DNA of 64,000 bases from an uncultured Candidatus Binatia bacterium (GTDB lineage: Bacteria; Desulfobacterota; Binatia; UBA9968; CAXXLF01). A model generated the notes under the pieces. It did not search any database. It worked only from the letters and a program-made list of their open reading frames with translations, and was not told where the DNA came from. Numbering within the stretch: position 1 is the first letter of the stretch; each line of letters starts with the position of its first letter. The stretch lies in contig OZ244621.1 of assembly GCA_965218425.1 (NCBI GenBank), positions 3,584,001 to 3,648,000 of the forward strand, read 5' to 3'. Both the position numbers and the translations under genes were made by a program. Shown piece by piece: positions 29,473 to 39,849 of this stretch.

Positions 29473-31227
29473 TCAAGTCTCTTTCATCACGTCTGAACCG
29501 CGGGTGATACGGCGTGCCACGAGGGTCAGGGTCCCCAATGCAACGACCATGAGTACCGAAAGGGCTGCCGCCTCTCCCGGTTGTCCGGTATCCCATACCC
29601 TCCATAGGTAAACCGATAGGACCTGACTGTCTGGACCGTATAACAGGACTGCAATGGACATGACTTTGATGGTCAGGATTGATACGTACAGGGCGCCATT
29701 AACAAGCGCTGGGATCAATAGTGGTACCCAGATGACCCGCAAGGTGGTCCAAAAGCCTGCTCCGCTTGCCCAGGCGGCCTCCTCCAGCTCTTTGTGGATC
29801 TGCACCACGGCTGCATGGGTGAATCGAGAGCCGATGGGTAAATAATTAACCATGTATGCCAAGACAATAATCCAGATGGTGTTATAGAGGGGGTTATCGA
29901 AGGACAGGAAAAGAATCATAAAGGCTACGCCTACGGTGACTCCCGATACGGCGAAAGGAAGGAAGACCAAGAAGTCCAAAAGTTTGCGCCCCCTCAGGTT
30001 CGTCCGGTGGACAAACCATGAGGCCAGCACCGCAACGAACATGATGCCCCCGCCGCAGGCGACGGCTAATATGATAGTGTTCTGAATGGTGGACCAAAAA
30101 TCCCCGGCACTTACCACCTTTACGTAATTTTCAAAGCTGGCAATGGATAATGCTGCCACTGATGGGATCTGGTAGAACGGCAACAGTGAGGACCAGACCA
30201 GGATGAAAAATGGCAGGAGGACCCCTACGAAGGCGTAAAAGCCCACAAACGCATAGGCAGGGTACTTCCAGGATCCAAGGGGAATGAGACGCGGACGATA
30301 ACCTTTGCCTGCCACCACGGTGTAACGTTCCGAGTGATACAAGGCTCGCTGATAAATAACGAGTGCCGCCACGGTGATGACCACCAGGGTCATGCTGTAG
30401 GCGAAACCAAGCCCATAGTCTGGCGGGAAGGCACTGCGGAGAGAGTAGTAGATGTTGGTGCTGAAGACGAAGATGCGGGAGTTGAATCCCAGGAGCATGG
30501 GAATTTCAAAGGACTCGATGCCGCGAATGAATAGGAGCAATACAACTCCGGCGAGACCCGGTGTCAGCAGTGGAAGGGTCACCTTGGACAGAACCTTTAC
30601 CGTGGAGGCACCGCTGCCGAAGGCGGCTTCTTCCAGGGTTGGGTCCATTCGACGAATAGTTGCCCCGATTAGGAGGAAAGCCAAGGTGCTCATGCTGATC
30701 CCCTCGACCCAGATCATGGCAGGAAGCGAATAGGCGCTGAGCAGAGGGCCATCAAACCCCAGGGCTCTCCACCATTGGTTGAGTAACCCAATTCTCGGTG
30801 AGAGAAGAAAGATCCATGCAATTCCCTTGACCACACTTGGCATAATCAGCGGTACCAATACGATGACCGGTATGAACTGCCTGAAACGCATATCCGTGCG
30901 CTCGGTAATAAAGGCCAAGATCCCGCCTAGGGTCGCCGCGACCACCATGGAACCCACGGCAAACCATAACGAGTTGAGGAGCATGGTGAAGGTCCGGGGA
31001 TTGGAATATGCCTCCCAATAATTCCCCAGGGTGAAATGGCTAAGTCCGAACCCCAGGTCTCCGACGCTTACTTCACGAAAGCTGTTGAGAACCAACAGAC
31101 CCAGGGGAAAGGCCACCAGGACTCCTAGAATCAGGGTAAGAACCCAGAATCCAATCTTCCCTGCGTTGAGCCGAAGTCCCTGAAAGGCGAGAATCACGCG
31201 GGTTTGCCGGGTGGCAGATACACTCAC
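29473..31227 (-). CDS. ABC transporter permease (FbpB type)
   Basis: TM segments; LEEAAFGSGA, LEEAAWASGA. Confidence 0.92.
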   Translation of the reverse strand: MSVSATRQTRVILAFQGLRLNAGKIGFWVLTLILGVLVAFPLGLLVLNSFREVSVGDLGFGLSHFTLGNYWEAYSNPRTFTMLLNSLWFAVGSMVVAATLGGILAFITERTDMRFRQFIPVIVLVPLIMPSVVKGIAWIFLLSPRIGLLNQWWRALGFDGPLLSAYSLPAMIWVEGISMSTLAFLLIGATIRRMDPTLEEAAFGSGASTVKVLSKVTLPLLTPGLAGVVLLLFIRGIESFEIPMLLGFNSRIFVFSTNIYYSLRSAFPPDYGLGFAYSMTLVVITVAALVIYQRALYHSERYTVVAGKGYRPRLIPLGSWKYPAYAFVGFYAFVGVLLPFFILVWSSLLPFYQIPSVAALSIASFENYVKVVSAGDFWSTIQNTIILAVACGGGIMFVAVLASWFVHRTNLRGRKLLDFLVFLPFAVSGVTVGVAFMILFLSFDNPLYNTIWIIVLAYMVNYLPIGSRFTHAAVVQIHKELEEAAWASGAGFWTTLRVIWVPLLIPALVNGALYVSILTIKVMSIAVLLYGPDSQVLSVYLWRVWDTGQPGEAAALSVLMVVALGTLTLVARRITRGSDVMKET

Positions 31228-31288
31228 GGTTCAGGCCTCTTTTTCACTGATTAGCTCTTCTATTTCGTTTCCGCCGATCTTGATGCCG

Positions 31289-32371
31289 CTACTTGATGCC
31301 TAGTAGTTTGAAGAAGAAGGTTTCAGATTTCTTTTGAATCTTTGTATCAAACATCAGCTCCACGTCCATAGGCGTAGTGTTATCCACCGTGATGTCATTG
31401 TCCGTAAGCCATTTCCCGAGTTTACCGGCCTTGGCCTTTTTGTTGACTGGGACCTTAGCCGAAATAACTTCGGTGTATTCATGCTGTCCTTCGGGCGACG
31501 TGAGGTAGTCGATTAAGAGCCAGGAAGCAGATGGATGTTTAGCACCCTTGAGGATGCCAAAATTACGGAAGGTTCCGCTGAATCTAGGGAAGGCCACAAG
31601 GCCAATGGGTGCCCCTTTGAAATACATGCGAGAAGCTGGTCCCACCACGCCAAACCAAAACATCGGGACCTCGCCTGCGGCCACCCGCTTGATGCCGCCT
31701 CGATAACCCCGACCAATCATTGGTTTTTGTTTTGCCAGTTTTGTGAAGAAGTCGAAGGAGCGCTCCCAGTTCAATTTTCCACCCTTAGACCAGAAGTACG
31801 CCATTTGAGCAGGCATTTCCTCTGATGACCGAGACAACATAGTTTTGCCGGTCCATTTGGGGTCCGTCATCTCTTCCCAGGACTTGGGTATATCTTTGGG
31901 TGATACGAGCTTCGTATTATAGACTCCTTGCACTCTGGGATTCAAAAACGCCTTGATGTAAAGCCCATGCTTCGGTTGCGTTCCCGACGCGAAATCCCGT
32001 AGGTGGGGGAACTCGTGCTTGACCAACAGATTCGCCTTGGCCAAGATTTCTTCCCCATCGCTGCTGACGGCGGGCAAATCAAAGCTAAGCTTGCCGGCTT
32101 TGGATTCGGCGACGATTCGATTGATGGTATCGGCAGTGTTTCCTGCAAACGCTTTGAGTTTTAGAAATGGGTACCTCTTCTTAAATCCTTTGAGTTCATC
32201 ACGAAAATTATCGGCATTGCTGCCGGCCACAACGAATTCACCTTCTTTCTTGGCCTTCTCTATCATTTGATCGCGCAGCGAAGAACCATAAAGGGCTCCT
32301 GGTTGAAAACCCACGATTCCCACGACAAGCACTAAAACGGTCACCTGGTGTAATCTGAACACGAAACTCAT
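31289..32371 (-). CDS. ABC transporter extracellular solute-binding protein
   Basis: Signal peptide after ATG 32371 (AGAGG RBS); AKKEG, YNTKLV, DPKWTGK, AKHP. Confidence 0.85.
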   Translation of the reverse strand: MSFVFRLHQVTVLVLVVGIVGFQPGALYGSSLRDQMIEKAKKEGEFVVAGSNADNFRDELKGFKKRYPFLKLKAFAGNTADTINRIVAESKAGKLSFDLPAVSSDGEEILAKANLLVKHEFPHLRDFASGTQPKHGLYIKAFLNPRVQGVYNTKLVSPKDIPKSWEEMTDPKWTGKTMLSRSSEEMPAQMAYFWSKGGKLNWERSFDFFTKLAKQKPMIGRGYRGGIKRVAAGEVPMFWFGVVGPASRMYFKGAPIGLVAFPRFSGTFRNFGILKGAKHPSASWLLIDYLTSPEGQHEYTEVISAKVPVNKKAKAGKLGKWLTDNDITVDNTTPMDVELMFDTKIQKKSETFFFKLLGIK

Positions 32372-32527
32372 TATAATCCTCTTTTGGGTGATATCCCTTT
32401 GATATGACTGTGTTTCTATGACCGGTATGGTGTACGGCTTATTTACGAAACTAACCCGGGCAAGCAAATTGCCAAAGGGCCTTGTACTATGGCTATTGGA
32501 TTGAGTCAAGTGGCCGATTCGCCGGTC

Positions 32528-32556
32528 TTGACATTACCCAGAAGGGGGAATATAAA
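32528..32556 (+). promoter_or_regulatory. sigma70 promoter of pyr operon
   Basis: TTGACA-17 nt-TATAAA. Confidence 0.75.
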
Positions 32557-32570
32557 TATACAGGATATAA

Positions 32571-32602
32571 CCTTTTAAACTGATCCTGTGAGATCAGAAA
32601 GG
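32571..32602 (+). promoter_or_regulatory. PyrR-binding RNA hairpin (pyr attenuator)
   Basis: CCTTT-TAAA-CTGATC-CTGTGA-GATCAG-AAAGG resembles the Bacillus PyrR binding loop (CUUUAA...AGUCCAGAGAGGCU) and lies upstream of pyrR. Confidence 0.8.
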
Positions 32603-32636
32603 TATCGTGAAAAACAAGCAACTCGCAAATCATATG

Positions 32637-32673
32637 AAGACCCCCTGCGGTAGCTCCGTTGGGGTCTTTTTTT
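32637..32673 (+). terminator. Attenuator intrinsic terminator before pyrR
   Basis: AAGACCCC...GGGGTCTT followed by a T run, ending 5 nt before ATG 32678. Confidence 0.8.
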
Positions 32674-32677
32674 GTCT

Positions 32678-33265
32678 ATGGAAAGATTAGATCAGGTTTT
32701 ATTCCAGGGAGAAGACATCGAGCGGGCCACCAGTCGCATGGCCCACGAAATCCTCGAAAGTGAGGGGAATGGAGAAGGGCTGGCCCTTGTGGGGATTCAG
32801 ACCCGAGGCGCCCACTTGGTCCAAAGGATAGCCGAGAAAATCGGTTCTTTCAGCGGCACCGTTCCCCCTGTGGGGTCCATCGACGTAACCCCCTACCGCG
32901 ATGACCAGAAAGCAAAGGATGAGACTAGTCCACCCTCGGTTCAATTTCCAATCTCCATTGATGAAAAAACCTTGATCCTGGTGGACGATGTCATATACAC
33001 GGGTCGCACCATACGTGCTGCATTGGAATTGATTTTTCAACTTGGCAAGCCAAAGAGAATACTGGTGGCTGTATTGGTGGACCGGGGTGACAGGGAACTT
33101 CCCATCAAAGCGGATATCGTTGGCAAGAATGTGCGTGTGCCGGGATTGTCACGGGTCAATGTCCTGCTGAGTGAATTGGACGGGGTAGATCAGGTGACCG
33201 TAACTGAGGAGCAAGGCCTGAACCTTCACGGGGGAAATAGACCCCGAACCACAAACTCACGTTAA
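32678..33265 (+). CDS. pyrR: Bifunctional pyr operon attenuation regulator/uracil PRTase PyrR
   Basis: SRMAHEI, GIQTRG, DVTPYRDD, LVDDVIYTGRT, LVDRGDRELPI. Confidence 0.93.
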   Translation: MERLDQVLFQGEDIERATSRMAHEILESEGNGEGLALVGIQTRGAHLVQRIAEKIGSFSGTVPPVGSIDVTPYRDDQKAKDETSPPSVQFPISIDEKTLILVDDVIYTGRTIRAALELIFQLGKPKRILVAVLVDRGDRELPIKADIVGKNVRVPGLSRVNVLLSELDGVDQVTVTEEQGLNLHGGNRPRTTNSR

Positions 33266-33442
33266 TCCTTTTGGGGGAACCCCCTGGCCGGGAATGAACC
33301 ATGACTCTGAGGAGAAACTTAAAATTTGAATCCCTGTGCTCACGTACTGGGCGTTATGTTGTTCAACCTGCCTGTCGAGAGTCACTAGGTCGAGCGAGAG
33401 ACCATCGACAGGTGGTACGGGGTAAACGTTAAGGATTGAGCC

Positions 33443-35383
33443 GTGAATCAACGAGATCTCGTAACCATCGATGACCTTTCGGATGAAGAGATCGAGGAGA
33501 TCTTTCATCTAGCCGATGAAATGGAGTCCGGCGGACATCGTCTCCCAGAATCTTCCATGGTGCCGGGAAAGATTATGGCCACGCTCTTCTACGAACCCAG
33601 TACCAGGACACGTCTTTCCTTTGAATCCGCAATGCACCGACTGGGGGGGGGCGTCATCAGCTGTCCTGACATGAGGTTTTCTTCCACGGCCAAGGGGGAG
33701 AGTATCGCTGACACGGCCAAGGTGGTCTCCAGCTACGCCGACATTATGGTGGTGCGCCATTATTGGGACGGGGCGGTCCAGGCCATGGCGGAACACGCCG
33801 ATGTTCCAATGATCAATGCAGGTGACGGGAGTCATGAGCACCCAACCCAGACCCTCTGCGATCTCTATACCCTACGGAGGGAAAAGGGAAAGCTCAAGGG
33901 TTTAACCCTAGCCATTTGTGGAGACATGAAACATGGGCGAACCATCCATTCTCTCGTGTATGCCCTGGCACGGTTTGGAGTCAACGTTATTATTTTAGCC
34001 GCCAAGGGAATGGAGCTTCCCGAATACGTGATTGATCGAATGGATACTCAGTATCATTACAGCCCTGTTGCGGTTCCTTCCGGCGATCTGAACGCTGTGG
34101 TGACATCCACGGACGCGGTGTATCTCGCTCCGACTCAACCCCATCAGTTGGCCCTCTTCACACAGTCGAACCTGGACATCGAAGGTCAGTTGAGCAAGGC
34201 GGCCTCTGGGCTAAAACTGGACGCTTTCTACGTTACCCGTCAACAGAAGGAGCGTCAGACCGACAATGGTTCCGAGAACGATCAGGAGTATCCCCGGATC
34301 GACGAGAGGTTCTTAAAGATCAAGCGGTTCAAGGAAACGGTTGTGATGCACCCCTTGCCCCGGGTGGATGAACTGTCGCCGGAGGTGGACAAGGATCGAA
34401 GAGGGATCTATTTCAAGCAGGCTGCCTATGGAGTTCCCATTCGAATGGCTCTCCTGAAGTTTTTGTTCGATGCCTCGGAGGCCAAGAGGCCGCGTCCCGT
34501 GCGAAAGCAATACCTTCTCTTCGAAAATCCTGAGCCGGTGGGTCCGCAATGTCCCAATGCCAAATGCGTGACCCGTATGGAGGCCCCCTCCACTCGGCCA
34601 AGATTTGAAGTCCTGTTTACGGGTCCAGGAAGCGGGCTGATTCTCCGCTGTCTTTACTGTGATCACCAACTCCGGGTCCGTATCATCGGACATTTAAAGT
34701 CCAAGCGATATTGCTCCTACGACGCCACCTTGGAACAGACCACCCGGGAGTGGTTGAAGAGCGGAGAATTGGCCGTTTTCGATACCATAAAACAGGCCGA
34801 GGAGCAGTTTTATGAGCCCTATAAAACGGGTCCACAGCGAACGATCATGGATGAAGCTGAGATTCACGAAGCCATCCAGCACATAGCCGAACGAATTGTC
34901 AATGAGGCGGAAAGTCCCGTTCCTCTGCTCGTTCTCGGTATCCGAACCAAGGGAGTGTTTATCGCCAATCGCATGGTAGCTGAACTGGCCAGGCAGGGGA
35001 GAAAGGCGGAGGCGGGAGAGATTGAGGTATTTGGCACCCAGGGTGAAGAGGACGGCAAGCCACCCATCGCATCCGTGAACGATTCATTACCACTCAATAT
35101 AAAAAGCCGTCCCGTGGTTCTGGTGGACGACGTCATTCATACGGGTCGGACGGTGAAAAGCGCCCTTAGTATCATATTCAAATCGGGCCGGCCCCAATCC
35201 GTACGTTTGGCAGTCTTGATCGATAGGGGCCATCGCGAGGTGCCGGTAAAGCCCAATTATATAGGTAAGCACATACCGAGTTCAGAAAGGGAACGAGTTC
35301 GCGTCAAGCTACGCGAGGTGGAAAAGGATGAGCGGGATAAAGTGGTTATCTATTCGGTGATCAATCCAACGGTCCCCGGGTAG
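33443..35383 (+). CDS. pyrB: Aspartate carbamoyltransferase fused to a PyrI-type Zn domain and a PyrR-like PRTase domain
   Basis: [27 protein letters not shown]...[15 protein letters not shown] and IDRGHRE. Confidence 0.9.
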   Translation: MNQRDLVTIDDLSDEEIEEIFHLADEMESGGHRLPESSMVPGKIMATLFYEPSTRTRLSFESAMHRLGGGVISCPDMRFSSTAKGESIADTAKVVSSYADIMVVRHYWDGAVQAMAEHADVPMINAGDGSHEHPTQTLCDLYTLRREKGKLKGLTLAICGDMKHGRTIHSLVYALARFGVNVIILAAKGMELPEYVIDRMDTQYHYSPVAVPSGDLNAVVTSTDAVYLAPTQPHQLALFTQSNLDIEGQLSKAASGLKLDAFYVTRQQKERQTDNGSENDQEYPRIDERFLKIKRFKETVVMHPLPRVDELSPEVDKDRRGIYFKQAAYGVPIRMALLKFLFDASEAKRPRPVRKQYLLFENPEPVGPQCPNAKCVTRMEAPSTRPRFEVLFTGPGSGLILRCLYCDHQLRVRIIGHLKSKRYCSYDATLEQTTREWLKSGELAVFDTIKQAEEQFYEPYKTGPQRTIMDEAEIHEAIQHIAERIVNEAESPVPLLVLGIRTKGVFIANRMVAELARQGRKAEAGEIEVFGTQGEEDGKPPIASVNDSLPLNIKSRPVVLVDDVIHTGRTVKSALSIIFKSGRPQSVRLAVLIDRGHREVPVKPNYIGKHIPSSERERVRVKLREVEKDERDKVVIYSVINPTVPG

Positions 35384-35397
35384 CGGACCCTCACTGG

Positions 35398-36522
35398 ATG
35401 AAAGCGGTACTGGCATTAGCGGACGGTGAGGTTTACGTGGGTCGATCCTTCGGTAGTGAAGGCGAGGCCGGAGGTGAGGTGGTGTTTAACACGAGCATGA
35501 CCGGATACCAGGAAATTTTGACGGATCCCTCCTATGAGGGACAAATGGTGGCCATGACCTATCCTGAAATCGGCAATGTTGGGGTTAACCCCGAGGACGT
35601 GGAGTCGCGTAAAGCTTTTGTGAAAGGATTCATTGTCAAGGAGTATTCACCTGTTCCCAGTAACTGGCGCTCTGCGGAGTCCTTGCACCGGTACATGAAA
35701 GAAAACGGCATTGTAGGCATTGAAGGGATCGACACGAGATCTCTGGTCAGACATTTGCGTGATAGCGGTTCCCAAGAAGGAATCATTTCGACGGGCGAGC
35801 AAAACCAGCAGGAACTCATTGCCAAGGCCCAAAGCTCGCCGGGTTTGCTTGGAAGAGATCTGGTGAAGGAAGTGACTTGCAAAGAGCCCTACGGCTGGGA
35901 CCGTGGAATTTGGGAGTTAGGCAAGGGCTATCAGGCGCAGGGGCAAACGGCTTACTCCGTGGTGGCCTACAACTACGGCATCAAGTTCAATATCCTACGG
36001 GGTCTGGTGGAGTCGGGATGCAATGTTAAGGTGGTTCCGGCCCGGACCTCGGCAGAGGATGTGTTGGCTGAAAACCCCGATGGGATATTTCTTTCCAATG
36101 GGCCAGGGGACCCCGATGCGGTTCCCTATGGAAAAGAAATCGTGCAGAAACTCGTTGGTGAGAAGCCTATCTTCGGGATTTGCTTGGGTCATCAGATTTT
36201 AGGTCTCGCTCTGGGGGGTAAGACCTATAAGTTGAAGTTTGGTCACCATGGCGGGAACCAACCAGTCATGAACCTAACGACAAAAAAAGTAGAGATCACG
36301 ACTCAGAATCATGGGTTTGCCGTGGACCCAGACTCATTGCAGGGATCGGCGGTGGTAACCCACCTAAACCTCAATGATCATACGGTGGAAGGGCTGGCTC
36401 ATAAGGCGCTACCCATCTTTTCCGTTCAGTATCACCCGGAATCTTCACCCGGCCCTCACGATGCCCACTACCTATTCCAGAGGTTTGTGGAGATGATGAA
36501 ACACAGAAAGAAATATGTTTAA
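35398..36522 (+). CDS. carA: Carbamoyl-phosphate synthase small subunit
   Basis: [29 protein letters not shown]. Confidence 0.97.
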   Translation: MKAVLALADGEVYVGRSFGSEGEAGGEVVFNTSMTGYQEILTDPSYEGQMVAMTYPEIGNVGVNPEDVESRKAFVKGFIVKEYSPVPSNWRSAESLHRYMKENGIVGIEGIDTRSLVRHLRDSGSQEGIISTGEQNQQELIAKAQSSPGLLGRDLVKEVTCKEPYGWDRGIWELGKGYQAQGQTAYSVVAYNYGIKFNILRGLVESGCNVKVVPARTSAEDVLAENPDGIFLSNGPGDPDAVPYGKEIVQKLVGEKPIFGICLGHQILGLALGGKTYKLKFGHHGGNQPVMNLTTKKVEITTQNHGFAVDPDSLQGSAVVTHLNLNDHTVEGLAHKALPIFSVQYHPESSPGPHDAHYLFQRFVEMMKHRKKYV

Positions 36523-36591
36523 AAACAATATATTATCATATATAACTTAAAGTATATATGAAAATGTCTGAACGCCGGATAGCCTCTTTTT

Positions 36592-39500
36592 ATGCCTAAA
36601 CGGACCGACATCAAATCAGTATTGCTCATCGGCTCAGGTCCCATTGTTATCGGTCAGGTCTGCGAGTTCGACTATTCGGGAACCCAGGCCCTCAAGGCCC
36701 TTAAAGAAGAGGGCTACCGGGTGGTTTTAGTCAACTCCAACCCGGCCACCATCATGACCGACCCTGACTTTGCGGACCGAACCTACGTTGAGCCCATCAC
36801 GGTTGACATGGTTGAAAAGATCATCGGCAAAGAGCGACCGGATGCGTTGCTTTCCACACTGGGAGGGCAGACCGCATTGAATGTTGCCATTGACCTGGCC
36901 GAGCAGGGGATCCTCCAGCAATACGGGGTGGAGATGATCGGGGCGAAGCTAGAGGCCATCAAAAAGGCAGAGGACCGTGACCTATTCAAGCTGGCAATGA
37001 GCAAGGTGGGACTGGACCTGCCCAGGAGCGGCTATGCGCACAGTTTGGACGAGGCCCTTGAGATACAACGGGAGCTCAACTTTCCACTGGTGATTCGACC
37101 TTCGCGAACCTTAGGGGGGAGCGGCGCCAGTATTGCTTATGGCCCAGAGCAATTTACCGAGGCGGTTACCTGGGGTCTGAAACTATCACCGGTACACGAG
37201 GTGCTGGTGGAGGAATCGGTCTTGGGATGGAAAGAATTTGAGCTGGAGGTCATGCGTGACCACAAGGACAATGTGGTCATCGTTTGCTCCATTGAGAACT
37301 TCGATCCCATGGGGGTTCACACGGGGGATTCCATTACCGTAGCCCCTGCCCAGACTCTCACGGACAAAGAGTATCAGATCATGAGGGATGCGGCGCTCAA
37401 GATCATACGCGAGATAGTCGTGGATACGGGTGGATCCAATATTCAGTTTGCCGTGAACCCGAACAACGGTCGACTGGTGGTGACCGAGATGAATCCACGG
37501 GTTTCCAGGAGTTCGGCCCTGGCCAGTAAGGCAACAGGCTTTCCCATTGCCAAGATCGCCGCGAAACTGGCGGTGGGTTATACCCTTGATGAAATACCAA
37601 ATGACATTACCCGGGAAACCCGGGCGTGCTTTGAGCCCACCATCGATTATGTGGTGGTAAAGATCCCCCGATTTACCTTTGAAAAGTTTCCACAGGCTAC
37701 GGATTTTCTCACCACTCAAATGAAATCCGTGGGGGAGGCCATGGCCATCGGTCGTACTTTTAAAGAAGCCCTGCAAAAGGCCGTGCGATCACTGGAAGTG
37801 GGATCCTATGGCTTTGATGAGAGGCTCATGCCTGAAGGGGACCACGAGAAAATTGACGGGTTTATCACTCAAAAACTGCAGACCCCCAATGCCCAACGCT
37901 TATGGTACTTAGCCGAAGCTTTCCGCAGGGGATATTCCGTGAGGGACCTTTTCCAGTTAACTCGAATCGACCCTTGGTTTTTAGAGCGCCTGCGCGAAAT
38001 CGTGGAGACTGAGTCCGAAATCCAGCAGTGGAATAAGGCGACACCGCCCATGGGTGAGTTTCTTTATACGGTGAAGCAGATGGGATTCTCTGATCGGCGG
38101 TTGGCTCATCTCATGGGCCGCAGTGAGGCAGAAATACGTTCATCTCGCTTGCAGTACGGAATCCGTGCGGTATTTCGCACTGTGGACACCTGCGCAGCGG
38201 AGTTTGCCGCCTACACACCCTACCTCTATTCCACCTACGATGAAGGAGAAGACGAGTCGAACCCCAGCGGACGAAAAAAAATTATGATCCTTGGGGGAGG
38301 ACCCAACCGCATCGGTCAAGGCATTGAGTTCGACTATTGCTGTGTCCACGCGGCCTTCGCCTTGAAGGAGGATGGCTACGAGACTATCATGGTCAACTGC
38401 AACCCGGAGACGGTGAGCACCGACTACGACACTTCGGATAAACTTTATTTCGAACCACTTACTTTGGAAGATGTTCTCAGCATCGTGGATGTGGAAAAAC
38501 CGGATGGGGTGATCGTTCAGTTTGGGGGACAAACCCCACTCAGGTTAGCCCTGTCTCTGGAAAAGGCCGGCGTCAAGCTCATCGGGACCTCGCCTGATAG
38601 CATCGATCTTGCGGAAGATCGGGACAGGTTTAGAGAGCTCCTCCAGGCGCTCGGTTTGAAGCAACCCGTGAGCGGCAGCGCCCGTTCCTATGAGGAGGGA
38701 AAGGAGATTGCTGAACGGATTGGCTACCCGGTTTTGGTGCGTCCCTCCTATGTTCTGGGAGGGAGGGCCATGGATATCGTTTATGATGAGACTGACCTGA
38801 AGCTCTACATGACCAATGCGGTCGCCGCTTCGCCTGAGCACCCCGTGTTGATTGACGAGTTCTTGGACGATGCCGTTGAGGTGGACGTGGACGCTTTGGC
38901 TGACGGAGAAGACGTGGTCATTGGTGGAATCATGGAGCACATCGAACGGGCTGGCGTTCACTCCGGGGATAGCGCCTGTTCACTACCGCCGAAATCCATT
39001 GATGATTGCGTCCAGGATGAAATCCGACGCCAGACGGTTTCCCTGGCCCGGGCACTTGGTGTCAGGGGGCTCATGAACGTGCAGTTTGCAGTTAAGGGAA
39101 CCGAGGTTTTTATACTAGAGGTTAACCCGCGGGCTTCTAGAACCGTGCCTTTTGTGAGCAAGGCCATAGGGATCCCCCTGGCCAAAATGGCGGCACGGGT
39201 AACGGTGGGGCAAAGGCTTAGAGACCTGGGTATGAGCTCCGAGGTCGTGCCCACCCATATCGCTGTCAAAGAATCGGTTTTTCCCTTTAGCAAGTTTCCC
39301 GGTGTGGACACCCTGCTGGGTCCGGAAATGAAATCCACCGGGGAGGTGATGGGTATCGATCATTCCTTTGGTCAGGCCTTTGCAAAGGCTCAGCTGGGAG
39401 GCGGAATGCGCTTGCCCCAGACCGGAAGGGTCTTTATCAGTATTCGCGATGAACACAAGGAAAGGGCCGGCGCCATCGCCCATAGGCTCCATAAGATTGG

Positions 39501-39849
39501 CTTTCGGGTTTTAGCCACCAAGGGCACTGCCGCGTTTTTTGAAAAGAAAAATATTCCTGCCGAGGTAATCAACAAGGTGCAGGAAGGAAGCCCGCATGTG
39601 GTGGACGCCATTCAATGCGGTGAGGTGGCCATGGTCATCAACACTCCCACGGACGCCCACTCCCAGGCCGACTCCTACTATATCCGTCGAAACGCCTTGG
39701 ACTTTCAGATTCCTTACTTTACTACCATTGCAGGCGCAGATGCGGCGGTGGAAGGGATCGAATTGTTGAAGGATGGTGATCTGGTGGTTCGAGCGCTTCA
39801 AGAATACCGGGCCACAACCCGTCGTGTTACTGAACCGTCAACTGAATGA
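36592..39849 (+). CDS. carB: Carbamoyl-phosphate synthase large subunit
   Basis: [30 protein letters not shown], duplicated ATP-grasp domains, MGS domain. Confidence 0.97.
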   Translation: MPKRTDIKSVLLIGSGPIVIGQVCEFDYSGTQALKALKEEGYRVVLVNSNPATIMTDPDFADRTYVEPITVDMVEKIIGKERPDALLSTLGGQTALNVAIDLAEQGILQQYGVEMIGAKLEAIKKAEDRDLFKLAMSKVGLDLPRSGYAHSLDEALEIQRELNFPLVIRPSRTLGGSGASIAYGPEQFTEAVTWGLKLSPVHEVLVEESVLGWKEFELEVMRDHKDNVVIVCSIENFDPMGVHTGDSITVAPAQTLTDKEYQIMRDAALKIIREIVVDTGGSNIQFAVNPNNGRLVVTEMNPRVSRSSALASKATGFPIAKIAAKLAVGYTLDEIPNDITRETRACFEPTIDYVVVKIPRFTFEKFPQATDFLTTQMKSVGEAMAIGRTFKEALQKAVRSLEVGSYGFDERLMPEGDHEKIDGFITQKLQTPNAQRLWYLAEAFRRGYSVRDLFQLTRIDPWFLERLREIVETESEIQQWNKATPPMGEFLYTVKQMGFSDRRLAHLMGRSEAEIRSSRLQYGIRAVFRTVDTCAAEFAAYTPYLYSTYDEGEDESNPSGRKKIMILGGGPNRIGQGIEFDYCCVHAAFALKEDGYETIMVNCNPETVSTDYDTSDKLYFEPLTLEDVLSIVDVEKPDGVIVQFGGQTPLRLALSLEKAGVKLIGTSPDSIDLAEDRDRFRELLQALGLKQPVSGSARSYEEGKEIAERIGYPVLVRPSYVLGGRAMDIVYDETDLKLYMTNAVAASPEHPVLIDEFLDDAVEVDVDALADGEDVVIGGIMEHIERAGVHSGDSACSLPPKSIDDCVQDEIRRQTVSLARALGVRGLMNVQFAVKGTEVFILEVNPRASRTVPFVSKAIGIPLAKMAARVTVGQRLRDLGMSSEVVPTHIAVKESVFPFSKFPGVDTLLGPEMKSTGEVMGIDHSFGQAFAKAQLGGGMRLPQTGRVFISIRDEHKERAGAIAHRLHKIGFRVLATKGTAAFFEKKNIPAEVINKVQEGSPHVVDAIQCGEVAMVINTPTDAHSQADSYYIRRNALDFQIPYFTTIAGADAAVEGIELLKDGDLVVRALQEYRATTRRVTEPSTE

